Below, in pieces: positions 10,806 through 20,250 of a stretch of 64,000 nucleotides of DNA. The stretch comes from an uncultured Rickettsiales bacterium. Lineage in GTDB: Bacteria > Pseudomonadota > Alphaproteobacteria > Rickettsiales > RI-342. Location: the NCBI GenBank assembly GCA_964435165.1, contig CAYSXY010000001.1:43847-107846 (forward strand), given 5' to 3'. The position numbers and the translations under genes were made by a program. The stretch's first letter is position 1. Each line of letters begins with the position of its first letter. Under the pieces are notes generated by a model. It saw nothing but the letters and a program-made list of their open reading frames with translations. It made no database searches and had not been told where the DNA came from.

Positions 10806-12346
10806 TGAACACGCCCCTGGAGCTTGATGGCGAGAGCCTGACAATTGAGACGCTGTGGCGCACTGCGTCGCTTGCCGCTGATACCGACTCTTCCTGGCGC
10901 ATTCAGCTTGGTGATCGTGCTATCGCGAACCTAAAGCGGGCATCGCATTATCGTGAGCAACTGGCTGAGAGTGGCAGCACGGTCTATGGCATCAATACCG
11001 GCTTTGGTTATTTTGCCAATACACGCATCTCCAGCGAAGACATCACGGCATTACAGCAAAACATCATTCTGTCGCATTGCAGCGGCGTCGGCGCGCCGTT
11101 GTCGCGCCCGCAAACGCTTGCAATGTGGTTGATTCTGCTCAATTCAGCCTGCCGGGGGCATCGCGGCCTGCATCCTGACCATGCCTCGCGCATTGTTGAT
11201 ATCCTGAATCGAGGCATACTGGCCATTGTGCCATCACGCGGCAGTGTTGGGGCATCCGGAGACCTGGCGCCAATGGCACATGCCGTCGCCGCGGTGATCG
11301 GCCATGGCGACGTGACAATGCCGGATAAGGGTAAGTTCGTTACTCTTGCTGCCGATGAGGCACTGCGGCGGATCAGTTGCGAGCCACTGACGCTCGGCCC
11401 GAAAGAAGGGTTGTGCCTGATCAATGGCACCCAATTAACGGCAGCCCTTGCAGCGCAAGCATGGATGGAGCTTAACACGTTGCTTCACAGTGCCAATCGT
11501 ATTGTCGCCATGACCATTGAGGCTATGCGTGCCAGCCATGCGATTGTGATGCCGCAACTCATCGCCGAGCAGCATCATGAAAGCACCCGGCAATGTGCGG
11601 AGGAAATTCGGCAAACCCTTCAGGGCCCGACGGAAATCTCCAAAAGCCACGCGGAATGCGAGCGGGTGCAAGACCCCTACTCCATTCGCTGCGCTCCCCA
11701 AGTACATGGTGCGGTGTTGGAAGAGTTATTACAAAGCAAGCCGGTACTGGAAGATGAACTCAACGCCACGACCGATAACCCGATCTTATTCCCGGATGAT
11801 GATTTGGTGATCCATGGCGGCAATTTCCATGCAATTTATCCTGCGCGCATCTGTGACCGGCTTGCCTCGGCGGCTGCAACGCTTGCCTGCATTTCTGAGC
11901 GGCGTATCCATATGATGATGAAAAACAATAAAAGTGGCCTGCCCGATTTTCTCATCAAAGACGGCGGGTTGAATTCTGGCTTGATGATGGCACAAACCGC
12001 CGCCGCAGCACTGGTGAGTGAGTGCAAATCCTTAAGTTTTCCTGCCAGTGTCGATTCTATTTCCACCAATAATGATCAGGAAGATCATGTCTCAATGGGG
12101 CCGATTGCCGGCCATAAGGCGCTGCAGGTGATGCAATTGCTGCAACAGGTGCTTGCAGTAGAATTGATGGCGGCCTGCCAGGGGCTTGATTTACTCGCGC
12201 CACTGACAAGCTCACAGCGCATTGAAACCATGAAGAAACGTCTGCGGCAGGAGGTCGATTTCCTGGAGCAGGATCGCATGCTGGCACCGGATATCGACGC
12301 GGCAGCGCGCCTGATTGGCCAGGGCGACATATTAACAATACAATAA
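10805..12346 (+). CDS. hutH: Histidine ammonia-lyase (MIO-dependent aromatic amino acid lyase family)
   Basis: MIO-forming GSVGASGDLAPMAH, YGINTGFG, LSHCSGVG (Ser-His as in HAL rather than PAL/TAL), NPILFP. The TGATG overlap with apaG places the ATG at 10805. No hutU/hutI nearby. Confidence 0.8.
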   Translation: MNTPLELDGESLTIETLWRTASLAADTDSSWRIQLGDRAIANLKRASHYREQLAESGSTVYGINTGFGYFANTRISSEDITALQQNIILSHCSGVGAPLSRPQTLAMWLILLNSACRGHRGLHPDHASRIVDILNRGILAIVPSRGSVGASGDLAPMAHAVAAVIGHGDVTMPDKGKFVTLAADEALRRISCEPLTLGPKEGLCLINGTQLTAALAAQAWMELNTLLHSANRIVAMTIEAMRASHAIVMPQLIAEQHHESTRQCAEEIRQTLQGPTEISKSHAECERVQDPYSIRCAPQVHGAVLEELLQSKPVLEDELNATTDNPILFPDDDLVIHGGNFHAIYPARICDRLASAAATLACISERRIHMMMKNNKSGLPDFLIKDGGLNSGLMMAQTAAAALVSECKSLSFPASVDSISTNNDQEDHVSMGPIAGHKALQVMQLLQQVLAVELMAACQGLDLLAPLTSSQRIETMKKRLRQEVDFLEQDRMLAPDIDAAARLIGQGDILTIQ

Positions 12347-12426
12347 TTTCCTGCCCTCCTACCGTAACTAAATATCAAGCAGATTCCTATATATCGTAAG
12401 GATATATTCATGACTCTTGATCTGAT

Positions 12427-14094
12427 ATGTTTGATTATAATGAAGAGGCGATTATCGACACTATCTCCAGAGAATTGGAGATTTTGTGGGCAGCCCACCA
12501 CGCGGTGGGACTTGACGGATATATGTGCCTCTACACGCTGGCCAAGCAGGATTTATGGCGTAGCAAAGAAAAAGGCGTCATGTTCTGGTTCGCCCCGCAG
12601 GATACCAGAAAGATCATTAAGCGTATTATACGACTGTATAATAAAGGCAAACTGCCAAACTCTCCTCTATTTCTTGGGCCTGTGGTGCATCAGGCCGACG
12701 AAGAAGGAAATTTGAAGCCACTGGGCTCTGGCTTTGCCTGGGCTTCCTCACTCTGTCTCGGCATTACCGACCTCGAGCCCGACAGCGAAGAGCGTGTCAA
12801 ACATCTCAACGCGCTCACCTCGCCGATGCATCGCGGGGAAGATGATTATAACGGCCTGAAAAGTATTGCCTTCAGCAATCGTGTGTTGAAACCGTCAAAA
12901 GACGGCGCCGTTGAGGGTTGCTATGAACTCTATAACGTCGCCAATGTTCCCAGTGAGCGCTATTACCCTTTTTACATGCTGTCCGGCATCGGCTATCTCG
13001 GCAAAAACGGGATGTTTGGTCAGCCGGATTTTAACCAAATCATTAATTCTGCCAGCACACCTCCCCCCAAAGATGCGTCACCGAAGGACATAGTCACCTC
13101 GCTGGCTATTGATCCGCAAATTCTCCTCGATGCATCCTATTGCTGGGATCAGTACGACCATCATCATTCTCTTTTCAAACGGTTCGGCGTTGATCGCGAG
13201 AATATTGACACGAACTTACGCTATTATCGCATGTGCGGGAATGATTTTGAGCTGCTGGATGCCACCGGCGCCAAGCATGTGGATGCCGATACGGAGGTAA
13301 GTTTTGACTTTCTGGTGGAAGGCTGGATTCCTAAAGGCGCTGTCATTGTCATCGGTGCAACCGGGGGAACGGGTAAAAGTAGTCTCGCCCATAATCTCGC
13401 CGTCAAATGCTCGATCGATTACAAGGAAGGAGAGCCGCCTCCCATGTGGCTCGGCTCAAAAATCAACCCCGATAAATGTGGCGGGATATGTGTCTATTTC
13501 TCCGGTGAAGATGGCCCTGCTATCGTTCATTCACGCGCAAAAATTTACGACCCGGAAGGCCGTGCCCAGCGCCTCATGTTCCAACGCACCAATTTTGGCG
13601 AAGGCGTCAATTTCGACATGTTCATGGAACGGCTGCACAAAATGCCGGATGTTCCGCTCGTGGTCATCGATCCGGCACGGAAATATCTCAAAGGTGACGA
13701 AGAAAATGCCGAAATAGTCAGTGATTTTTTCGAGGCCATTGAGGAATTTGCCATTGAAAAAAATGCCGCATGCGTGGTGGTGCATCACCTGATTAAAAAC
13801 GCCAAGCCAGAACGCATTGTCGATATTTATGACATGCTTCGCGGCTCACAAGTGTTTATCGATCGTCCCCGCGTCGTTATAGGCATGATGCGTGATGGCC
13901 CACGAGTGATCGCCGGGCTGGCAAAAAACAATATCCCCGCACAAATGGGAATGGTTCAGGGAGAGCGCGTCTATAACCGCAATGCCGATAAGCTGGAGTT
14001 GGAATGGATTCCAGGTATCGAAGGCGTACGCAGCGACTTGCTGACTGATGAAGAGCTTCACAAGATCATGCTCAAGCCAGACGATCAATCATGA
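12427..14094 (+). CDS. Orphan RepA/AAA_25-like P-loop (RecA-fold) protein with an uncharacterised roughly 300-aa N-terminal domain
   Basis: Walker A VIGATGGTGKSSLAHNL, Walker B-like LVVIDPARKYL, VVVHHLIKN sensor-like motif as in plasmid/phage RepA-type helicase loaders. N-terminal half unrecognised. Confidence 0.65.
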   Translation: MFDYNEEAIIDTISRELEILWAAHHAVGLDGYMCLYTLAKQDLWRSKEKGVMFWFAPQDTRKIIKRIIRLYNKGKLPNSPLFLGPVVHQADEEGNLKPLGSGFAWASSLCLGITDLEPDSEERVKHLNALTSPMHRGEDDYNGLKSIAFSNRVLKPSKDGAVEGCYELYNVANVPSERYYPFYMLSGIGYLGKNGMFGQPDFNQIINSASTPPPKDASPKDIVTSLAIDPQILLDASYCWDQYDHHHSLFKRFGVDRENIDTNLRYYRMCGNDFELLDATGAKHVDADTEVSFDFLVEGWIPKGAVIVIGATGGTGKSSLAHNLAVKCSIDYKEGEPPPMWLGSKINPDKCGGICVYFSGEDGPAIVHSRAKIYDPEGRAQRLMFQRTNFGEGVNFDMFMERLHKMPDVPLVVIDPARKYLKGDEENAEIVSDFFEAIEEFAIEKNAACVVVHHLIKNAKPERIVDIYDMLRGSQVFIDRPRVVIGMMRDGPRVIAGLAKNNIPAQMGMVQGERVYNRNADKLELEWIPGIEGVRSDLLTDEELHKIMLKPDDQS

Positions 14095-14096
14095 GG

Positions 14097-15221
14097 TTAA
14101 GCTGCTTTCGACTCTGAGCCGGTTGTTTGTTCGATATTCAACACCTCAGCCACATGCAGCGTTCGGGTTGGGAAGGCAATTTCAGCGCCATGCTCTCCGA
14201 TAATCTCGCTGATCTTCAGCAACACATCCTGCTTGATTTCATGAAAGCGCACCCATTGCGTGGTATGAGTGAAGGTATAGACAAAGAAATCCACCGAGGA
14301 AGCATTAAACGCATTAAAGTTCACAATCATGGTTTGTGATTCATCAATCTCTTCGTGCGCTTTGAGCATGGTTGTGACTGCTTCGGTAATCGCTTGCATT
14401 TTGTCAATATCGGCATAGCGAATGCCGATAGTCTCATAGATACGGCGATGTGTCATTCGTGACGGATTTTCCACCGCAATCTGGGTGAAGACGGAATTGG
14501 GCACATAGAGTGGTCGTTTATCGAAGGTGCGGATAATCGTCAGGCGCCAGCCGATATCTTCTACCGTGCCCTCAATTTGTTTATCCGGCGAGCGAATCCA
14601 GTCACCCACCTGAAAAGGCCGATCAAAATAGATCATCAAGGCCCCAAAGAAGTTAGCCAGCAGATCCTTGGCGGCGAAGCCGACGGCAATGCCACCGATA
14701 CCACCAAATGCCAGCACCCCTTCGATACTGAAACCGAGCGTTTGCAGCGAGACCAGAACCGCTGCGATGATGACGGTCGCACGAAGAATATTGGACACGG
14801 CATTAGCCGTTGTGACATCAAATTCTTTTCCCTGCTCTTCAACGCGGTGGCGAAAATTGCGTTCTCCGCTTTTAATAAAGCGCAGGAGAAACCAGGCCAT
14901 TGCAGCGATGACACCCACATCGCGAATAGGCCCGGCACCGGAGAAAATAGGCGCGCCGGTAGCGCGATAGATAATATCTGCCGCAAAACCGATACCCACA
15001 ATCCAGATCGTGGTGCGCACAGGCCGCCGCGCCGCATCGATGAGCGCGTCGTCCCAAAAGTTGGCTGTTTTCTCCAGTTTTGTATGTAATTTTTTGAGTA
15101 TACGGTTGGCAAAAAAGCTGGCCAGCTGGCTCAGAAAAATAACCACCGTAATCTGGATAATCCAATCACTGTGCTGGCCAAGATTCAGTGTTTCTCGCAG
15201 GTAAGTGACAAAGTCTTGCAT
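14097..15221 (-). CDS. Mechanosensitive ion channel, MscS family
   Basis: Several N-terminal TM helices, pore-lining GGIGGIAVGFAAKDLLANFFG, DRPFQVGDWI beta-domain motif. Confidence 0.88.
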   Translation of the reverse strand: MQDFVTYLRETLNLGQHSDWIIQITVVIFLSQLASFFANRILKKLHTKLEKTANFWDDALIDAARRPVRTTIWIVGIGFAADIIYRATGAPIFSGAGPIRDVGVIAAMAWFLLRFIKSGERNFRHRVEEQGKEFDVTTANAVSNILRATVIIAAVLVSLQTLGFSIEGVLAFGGIGGIAVGFAAKDLLANFFGALMIYFDRPFQVGDWIRSPDKQIEGTVEDIGWRLTIIRTFDKRPLYVPNSVFTQIAVENPSRMTHRRIYETIGIRYADIDKMQAITEAVTTMLKAHEEIDESQTMIVNFNAFNASSVDFFVYTFTHTTQWVRFHEIKQDVLLKISEIIGEHGAEIAFPTRTLHVAEVLNIEQTTGSESKAA

Positions 15222-15254
15222 CGTTCGCCTGTTATGATTCTATCGTTCTATCGT

Positions 15255-17459
15255 TCACGCTGGTTCGCTGGCGGTCTCATAGCGATTATGCGTCTCGCCC
15301 AGCAACTCCCAATCTTCACGACCGCGATGGTTATCAATGTAATTGACCAGCGCGGCGACCGGCGCGCGATTATACATCACGCCGATATCATCCATCATCA
15401 CACGCAGGGCTTCATCAATTGTCGCTCCGGGACGGTAGGCACGCTCGCTGACTAATGCCACGAAACTATTAGCCACAATCACCACTTGCGCTGGCGGCAG
15501 AATATCATCACCTTTGAGTCCAAGCGGTCCATTGCCATCTGCCCTCTCCTGACTTTGACGAAGAGTGTCAATCACAGGCCCATCAAATTCAATCGCTGAG
15601 AGCAAATCCGCCGTTGCCTGAATGGAATTGCGAATACGTGCCCGCCCTTCTTCATCCAGCACTTCTTTTTGCGTCAATAAGGATTCCGGTACCAGAATTT
15701 TTCCCAGATTCATCAAACGGCCTGCCGTTTCTGCCGTTTCAACCATCAGGGATACCAACCCCATTTCACGCGCCACATGGCCGGCAACAGCAGCCACTTT
15801 GCGCGAATGCGAGGCGGCATACGGATCGCGCTTATCAACAAGCGAGACCATACTTTCCACCAAATGGTGCAAAATGCGTTCGCGACGCTCTTTTTCATGC
15901 ACAAACCTGGTCTGGTCTTTTTCAATGATGAGGGTGCCGGGCGTACGCTGATTGGTTTGCGGAAGCGGGATATTCTCCAGTGGAATATGTGTGGATTCAA
16001 AAATATCCTCGCCTTCCCCAGCCCTTTCAGAAGGCACACGATGAGTGACCGTATGGGTGTTATTATCCGCCAATGCCGCCCGGCTGGCCTTCAGATAAGC
16101 GTCTGCCTTGCTGGCCCCCAGCACGGCGGTGATGGTTTTTCCGATCATGCGTCGCGGCTCCATCCGCGCACGCTCCGCTGCCACCCGGTTGGCATAGCGG
16201 TAGTAATGCTCGTTATCGATAATGAAAATAGCATTGGGTGTGGCGGAGGTAATCAATTCAAACAACTCATCCTGCTTTTCGATGCGGTTGGCCAATGCCC
16301 GATAATGGGCCGCGGCGTGTCGGGCTCGCACGGCCGTCGCGTGGCGCCACACGGCCAACATACTGACCGAGACGAGCAGCACAGCTAATAAATAGCTCCC
16401 TACCATCCATTTGCCACGCTGATCACTCTCTGCCAGCACTTCCGCGGCATCAATTTTCAGCATCATTGTCCAATTGCTATAGTTGACAGGACGGCTGGTC
16501 ATCAGCACCAGTTGATTGCGATAATCGGTGCGCAGGGCAAAAGGTGTATCCATCGTCAGCGCGTGACTGGCGGCGAGTTCAGGCGTTGATGCATCCATGC
16601 GTAGTTCAAACGCATTGTAACCACCAAGCAGCACGGGTGACATATATTCAATCTGGCTCTCAGCAACGCGACGTAGCAATAATGTTTCGACCGTCGCAAC
16701 ATCCAGCGGCTGCTCTGTCAGCATATCAAAAAAGGCGGCACTCAATGGCAACACCGCTAAAGCATAGCCTACTGGTTGACTCTCTCCGGCATCCTGCTGC
16801 ACGGCCGTCACCGGCTGCATCAGACCGATCATCCACCCATCCTCTTCATGCTTGAAAGGACCAAAGAGCAGTGACTCCGTCAATTCACGCGATTGCGCAA
16901 AGGTGCGCAGCACGGGCGGGAGTTGAAATCCTCTGGAGCTGGCTAAGATAGTGTGCGAGCGATTGATGAGCGCGATCCCACCTGCCGGTGGTCCCTCCAC
17001 CCCGGCCTTCATGGGCATCGCGGTGTTTGCGGCCGATTGATGCAGCGCTGTCGCTCTGAGCACCGTTGCATTAAGTAAGTTACGCATAAACCCGCTTTGC
17101 GCCATCATTGCCGGTGCTTCTGACGGTGCATTGGCGGTCGCTTGTTCGGTGATGAACAATTGCACGGACGGGTTGGTCGTAATGCCGTCCAGCATATCAA
17201 ACTGTTTATCCAGCCAGCGATTAATCTCTGCCACCTGATGATCCGCCATCAGGCCAAGGCGAATATGCCATTGGCGCATATCGCGCTCTTTTTCTTCATT
17301 AATATAGGAAAGCATCAGAATAAAGCCCAGCAATGCAAGCGCTGTCCAGCCTAGTGCCAGAATCAACCAGCCATAGCGCAGCCAGCGCCGGCGTGCTTGC
17401 TGCGAGGTGCGCGGCTGCATTCTGTTCTGTTCGCTCGAAACGGTGGTTGCGTCTCCCAT
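15255..17459 (-). CDS. Transmembrane sensor: large periplasmic domain, PAS, degenerate (predicted inactive) HD-GYP domain
   Basis: Two TM segments flank a roughly 300-aa periplasmic region. PAS-like IFIIDNEHYYRYAN. HD-GYP scaffold DKRDPYAASHSRKV retained, but HD is MN (15708-15713), HHE is SQE and GYP is GPL (15522-15554), and the D of the final motif is N. Confidence 0.8.
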   Translation of the reverse strand: MGDATTVSSEQNRMQPRTSQQARRRWLRYGWLILALGWTALALLGFILMLSYINEEKERDMRQWHIRLGLMADHQVAEINRWLDKQFDMLDGITTNPSVQLFITEQATANAPSEAPAMMAQSGFMRNLLNATVLRATALHQSAANTAMPMKAGVEGPPAGGIALINRSHTILASSRGFQLPPVLRTFAQSRELTESLLFGPFKHEEDGWMIGLMQPVTAVQQDAGESQPVGYALAVLPLSAAFFDMLTEQPLDVATVETLLLRRVAESQIEYMSPVLLGGYNAFELRMDASTPELAASHALTMDTPFALRTDYRNQLVLMTSRPVNYSNWTMMLKIDAAEVLAESDQRGKWMVGSYLLAVLLVSVSMLAVWRHATAVRARHAAAHYRALANRIEKQDELFELITSATPNAIFIIDNEHYYRYANRVAAERARMEPRRMIGKTITAVLGASKADAYLKASRAALADNNTHTVTHRVPSERAGEGEDIFESTHIPLENIPLPQTNQRTPGTLIIEKDQTRFVHEKERRERILHHLVESMVSLVDKRDPYAASHSRKVAAVAGHVAREMGLVSLMVETAETAGRLMNLGKILVPESLLTQKEVLDEEGRARIRNSIQATADLLSAIEFDGPVIDTLRQSQERADGNGPLGLKGDDILPPAQVVIVANSFVALVSERAYRPGATIDEALRVMMDDIGVMYNRAPVAALVNYIDNHRGREDWELLGETHNRYETASEPA

Positions 17460-17595
17460 AGTGGTGGATTATCGCGCTGTGGCCTGCCTTGTCCAGCGAA
17501 AAGCCGCACATGCTTATCGACGCAGGAAAGATTGTCAGCACTGCGGCGAATATGCTACGCATGAGCGTCTTTCATTCCATAGAGGCCGTGGCCTG

Positions 17596-18222
17596 GTGCG
17601 TACGTTACACTTCATCCTTGTGATCGCCATTCTTATCGTTAGTTCAGCGCCGGCAAGGGCGTTGTTTGATTACACGGAAACGCCATCGCATGACCTCAGT
17701 CTCTTTCCCAAATGGCTCGGCGTGTTGGAGCGCGATTCCAAACATCGTGGCCTGATGCGGCAGGAATGCCAGGAGACATCCCCCTACTGCCTTGACCAGC
17801 GCTGGCAGGATTTTCTGCTTTCATTACAAGGCCAATCGCTGGATGAGCAACTACGGCAGGTGAATCGCTATCACAACCAGGCTGATTATATTCTGGATAT
17901 GGTCAATTGGGGGGTGTTGGATTACTGGGCGACACCCTATGAATTTTTCAACCGTGACGGTGATTGCGAAGATTATGCCATTGCCAAATATATGAGCCTC
18001 AAGCAACTGGGCGTACCGCCTGAGCAGATGCGCGTGGTGGTACTGCAGGACACCAACCTGAACATTATCCATTCGGTTCTGGCTGTCTATGCGGAGGAGA
18101 CGGTGTATATTCTCGATAACCAGATTGAGCAGGTGATCACGGACCGCGACATTCGGCATTACCTGCCGATTTATTCCATCAATGAAGGCGGCTGGTGGCG
18201 GCATTTGCCGCGGAACGGATAG
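17596..18222 (+). CDS. Periplasmic transglutaminase-like cysteine protease (BTLCP, LapG-like)
   Basis: GTG at 17596 gives signal peptide VRTLHFILVIAILIVSSAPARA. Catalytic-triad context GDCEDYAIAKY (Cys codon 17965-17967), IIHSVLAVY, ILDNQ. Confidence 0.8.
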   Translation: MRTLHFILVIAILIVSSAPARALFDYTETPSHDLSLFPKWLGVLERDSKHRGLMRQECQETSPYCLDQRWQDFLLSLQGQSLDEQLRQVNRYHNQADYILDMVNWGVLDYWATPYEFFNRDGDCEDYAIAKYMSLKQLGVPPEQMRVVVLQDTNLNIIHSVLAVYAEETVYILDNQIEQVITDRDIRHYLPIYSINEGGWWRHLPRNG

Positions 18223-18408
18223 ACAGATTTGAACTGAAGGTTTTCTGCGCCCTCTCACCCTGCGGCCTTAGTCGCTGGCGCGAAGCAGCAGTTTTAAGAA
18301 TGAGGTGGCCCCGCGGCTTAGGCGGGGCCATGCTCATGACGACAGAGCATTCAGGTAGCTGCGCTATTCACATTTTCTGTGAATGGCGATGGCGGATCAC
18401 AACAGCAC

Positions 18409-20103
18409 TTACTGCTCGAGATCGCTCTCAGTATTACATTCCAGCCCATCTTCGCTCACCGCGAGTGGGTCCTGCAACACAGCCGTTCCGCAATTGACAT
18501 CGGCGCCTGTACCGGTGTCACCCGCGGCCGGGGCCAATGCACCAAGCTGATCAGCCGGGATATTGCCTAGATCCTGCGTTGCGCTGAGGTCGATATTGAC
18601 GTCAAACACGCCCACTTCATAGCTTTCAAAGCTGGTATCCTGCTCAATCGACTGCTCAGAGAAGGAGATGAGCGGACGGTTGAGATCGTTCGGGCCGAAT
18701 TCTACATCACTGGGGTCTACCGTGCCGGTTGGCGTTGGCGCGGGCGCCGGTGTGGGCGCAGGCGTCGGCTCCGGTGTTGGTTCACCTTCCGGTGGTAGTG
18801 ATACTGGCGGGTTAGGTTCCGGCGTTGGGAACTCAACCGGCGGCTGACTTACCGGCGGATTTGACGGTTCCGGCGTCGGCAATGGCGGCGCTGTCGAAAC
18901 CGGTGGGTTTGTCGGCTCCGGCGTGGTTGGTTCCGGTGTCGTTGGTTCCGGTGTGGTTGGCTCCAGCGTGGTCGGTTCCGGTGTGGTTGGCTCCGGTGTG
19001 GTTGGCTCCGGTGTGGTCGGCTCAATCACAATCTCACCACTTGGATCTTCCACCAAATATAATGCATTGATTTCACTTGTGATATTCGCCGGACGGCTAA
19101 TAGGTATATCGAAGGTGTTATCGACAGCATTAACGGCTAAGATAACTGTACCACCAGTTTTATGGTGTGTATTGGCATTAATCCGTCCATTAACCGTCAC
19201 ACCATGATCTGCAGAGGTGTGTGCATCCGATACTTTGTTGCCATCATTCAGGAATGCAAACGGCACACCATGTCCGGGTGCCGGATCATCATACGCACCT
19301 TGAAATGAGCGGGGTCTTTTACCAGCATCAACCGCGATTATGTTATCACCATCCAGGCCAATAGCAAAGGTACGCCCAGACGCCAAAATGACATTACCGA
19401 AATCTTTCTGGTTTGCGTTTAATTGACCGCCTGATTGCAACTCCACCTCTGGAGCTACAAGGGCAATCACTGCATTATCCACAATATTGGTATTAACTTG
19501 ACCGGAAACGCTGATTTTTCCGCCGGAAGCGGGAATATCAAAGTAAAAGAGGTTGTCTGTAGCCGCTACAAACTCGTCAACATCAATATCAGCAGCTGTA
19601 GCCAAAAATCCTGCACTGTAAATGGAGCCGCCAACATGCAAGCCTTTGGGACTAACAATAATAACACGCCCGTCAGCCCGTAGCGTACCATTAATTTGCG
19701 GTACTGTAGCGCTGTTAATTACACGATTCAAAACGATTGATGACGGTGCAGGTTGATTAAATTCCACTTCTCTGCCTGCATTAATATCAAAGCTGTCCCA
19801 ATCTATCGCAGCACGATCTGATAAGTCATAAACATGCTTGGTGGATGAACTCTGACCAGGAGCTGTATTTAGCACTGCAGAGCCTGCTCGCACCGCATTC
19901 ATAACTGGTAAATCCGCTGCACTGGCAAAGCGGGCGGCTTCAAATGTCACCATACCGGCAATCGCCACAGCGGAGAGGCAGCGCTGCACCGGGCTGTGAC
20001 GGCGGCTGAGCGCAGTGGAGCTGGCATAGCCATGCATGATGGCGTTGTTATGGTTGTTTTTTGCTGTGGTGCGCATGGTTATACTCCTCTGACGATCACC
20101 CAA
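18409..20103 (-). CDS. Short two-partner-secretion exoprotein (TpsA) with a Pro/Thr linker and an acidic C-terminus carrying PAAG plus two Cys
   Basis: TPS domain IDWDSFDINAGREVEFNQPAPSSIVLNRV...INGTLRADGRVIIVSPKGLHVG, then a beta-helix-like region, (PEPTT)n, and PAAG at 18520-18531. Cys codons at 18490-18492 and 18436-18438. Confidence 0.85.
   Translation of the reverse strand: MGDRQRSITMRTTAKNNHNNAIMHGYASSTALSRRHSPVQRCLSAVAIAGMVTFEAARFASAADLPVMNAVRAGSAVLNTAPGQSSSTKHVYDLSDRAAIDWDSFDINAGREVEFNQPAPSSIVLNRVINSATVPQINGTLRADGRVIIVSPKGLHVGGSIYSAGFLATAADIDVDEFVAATDNLFYFDIPASGGKISVSGQVNTNIVDNAVIALVAPEVELQSGGQLNANQKDFGNVILASGRTFAIGLDGDNIIAVDAGKRPRSFQGAYDDPAPGHGVPFAFLNDGNKVSDAHTSADHGVTVNGRINANTHHKTGGTVILAVNAVDNTFDIPISRPANITSEINALYLVEDPSGEIVIEPTTPEPTTPEPTTPEPTTLEPTTPEPTTPEPTTPEPTNPPVSTAPPLPTPEPSNPPVSQPPVEFPTPEPNPPVSLPPEGEPTPEPTPAPTPAPAPTPTGTVDPSDVEFGPNDLNRPLISFSEQSIEQDTSFESYEVGVFDVNIDLSATQDLGNIPADQLGALAPAAGDTGTGADVNCGTAVLQDPLAVSEDGLECNTESDLEQ
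18905..19025 (-). repeat. In-frame 15-bp tandem repeat encoding (T)PEPT units, about 8 copies
   Basis: ggttggctccggtgt-type units repeated head to tail. Protein reads EPTTPEPTTPEPTTPEPTTLEPTTPEPTTPEPTTPEPT. Confidence 0.9.
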
Positions 20104-20250
20104 ATAGTAGTCACACGATCTGTTGTTATTCTGGTTGAATACGGGATACCGCTGCCACCCAAAATATTTAACAAATTGTTAAAATCAAGCGCTAATTCAC
20201 CCTACTGTTTAAATTAATGCCCCCAAGCCATTGCTGTTTAACAATTATAT

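Noticed and set aside
12427-14094. Interpretation as part of an integrated prophage, ICE or plasmid.
   Set aside because: There is no integrase, excisionase, att-like direct repeat, tRNA target or other mobile gene within several kb. Only a single orphan gene is present.
17407-17595. 5' extension of the BTLCP ORF.
   Set aside because: It would overlap the start of the divergent HD-GYP gene and precede the signal peptide by 63 residues. An in-frame GTG at 17596 begins a typical signal peptide.
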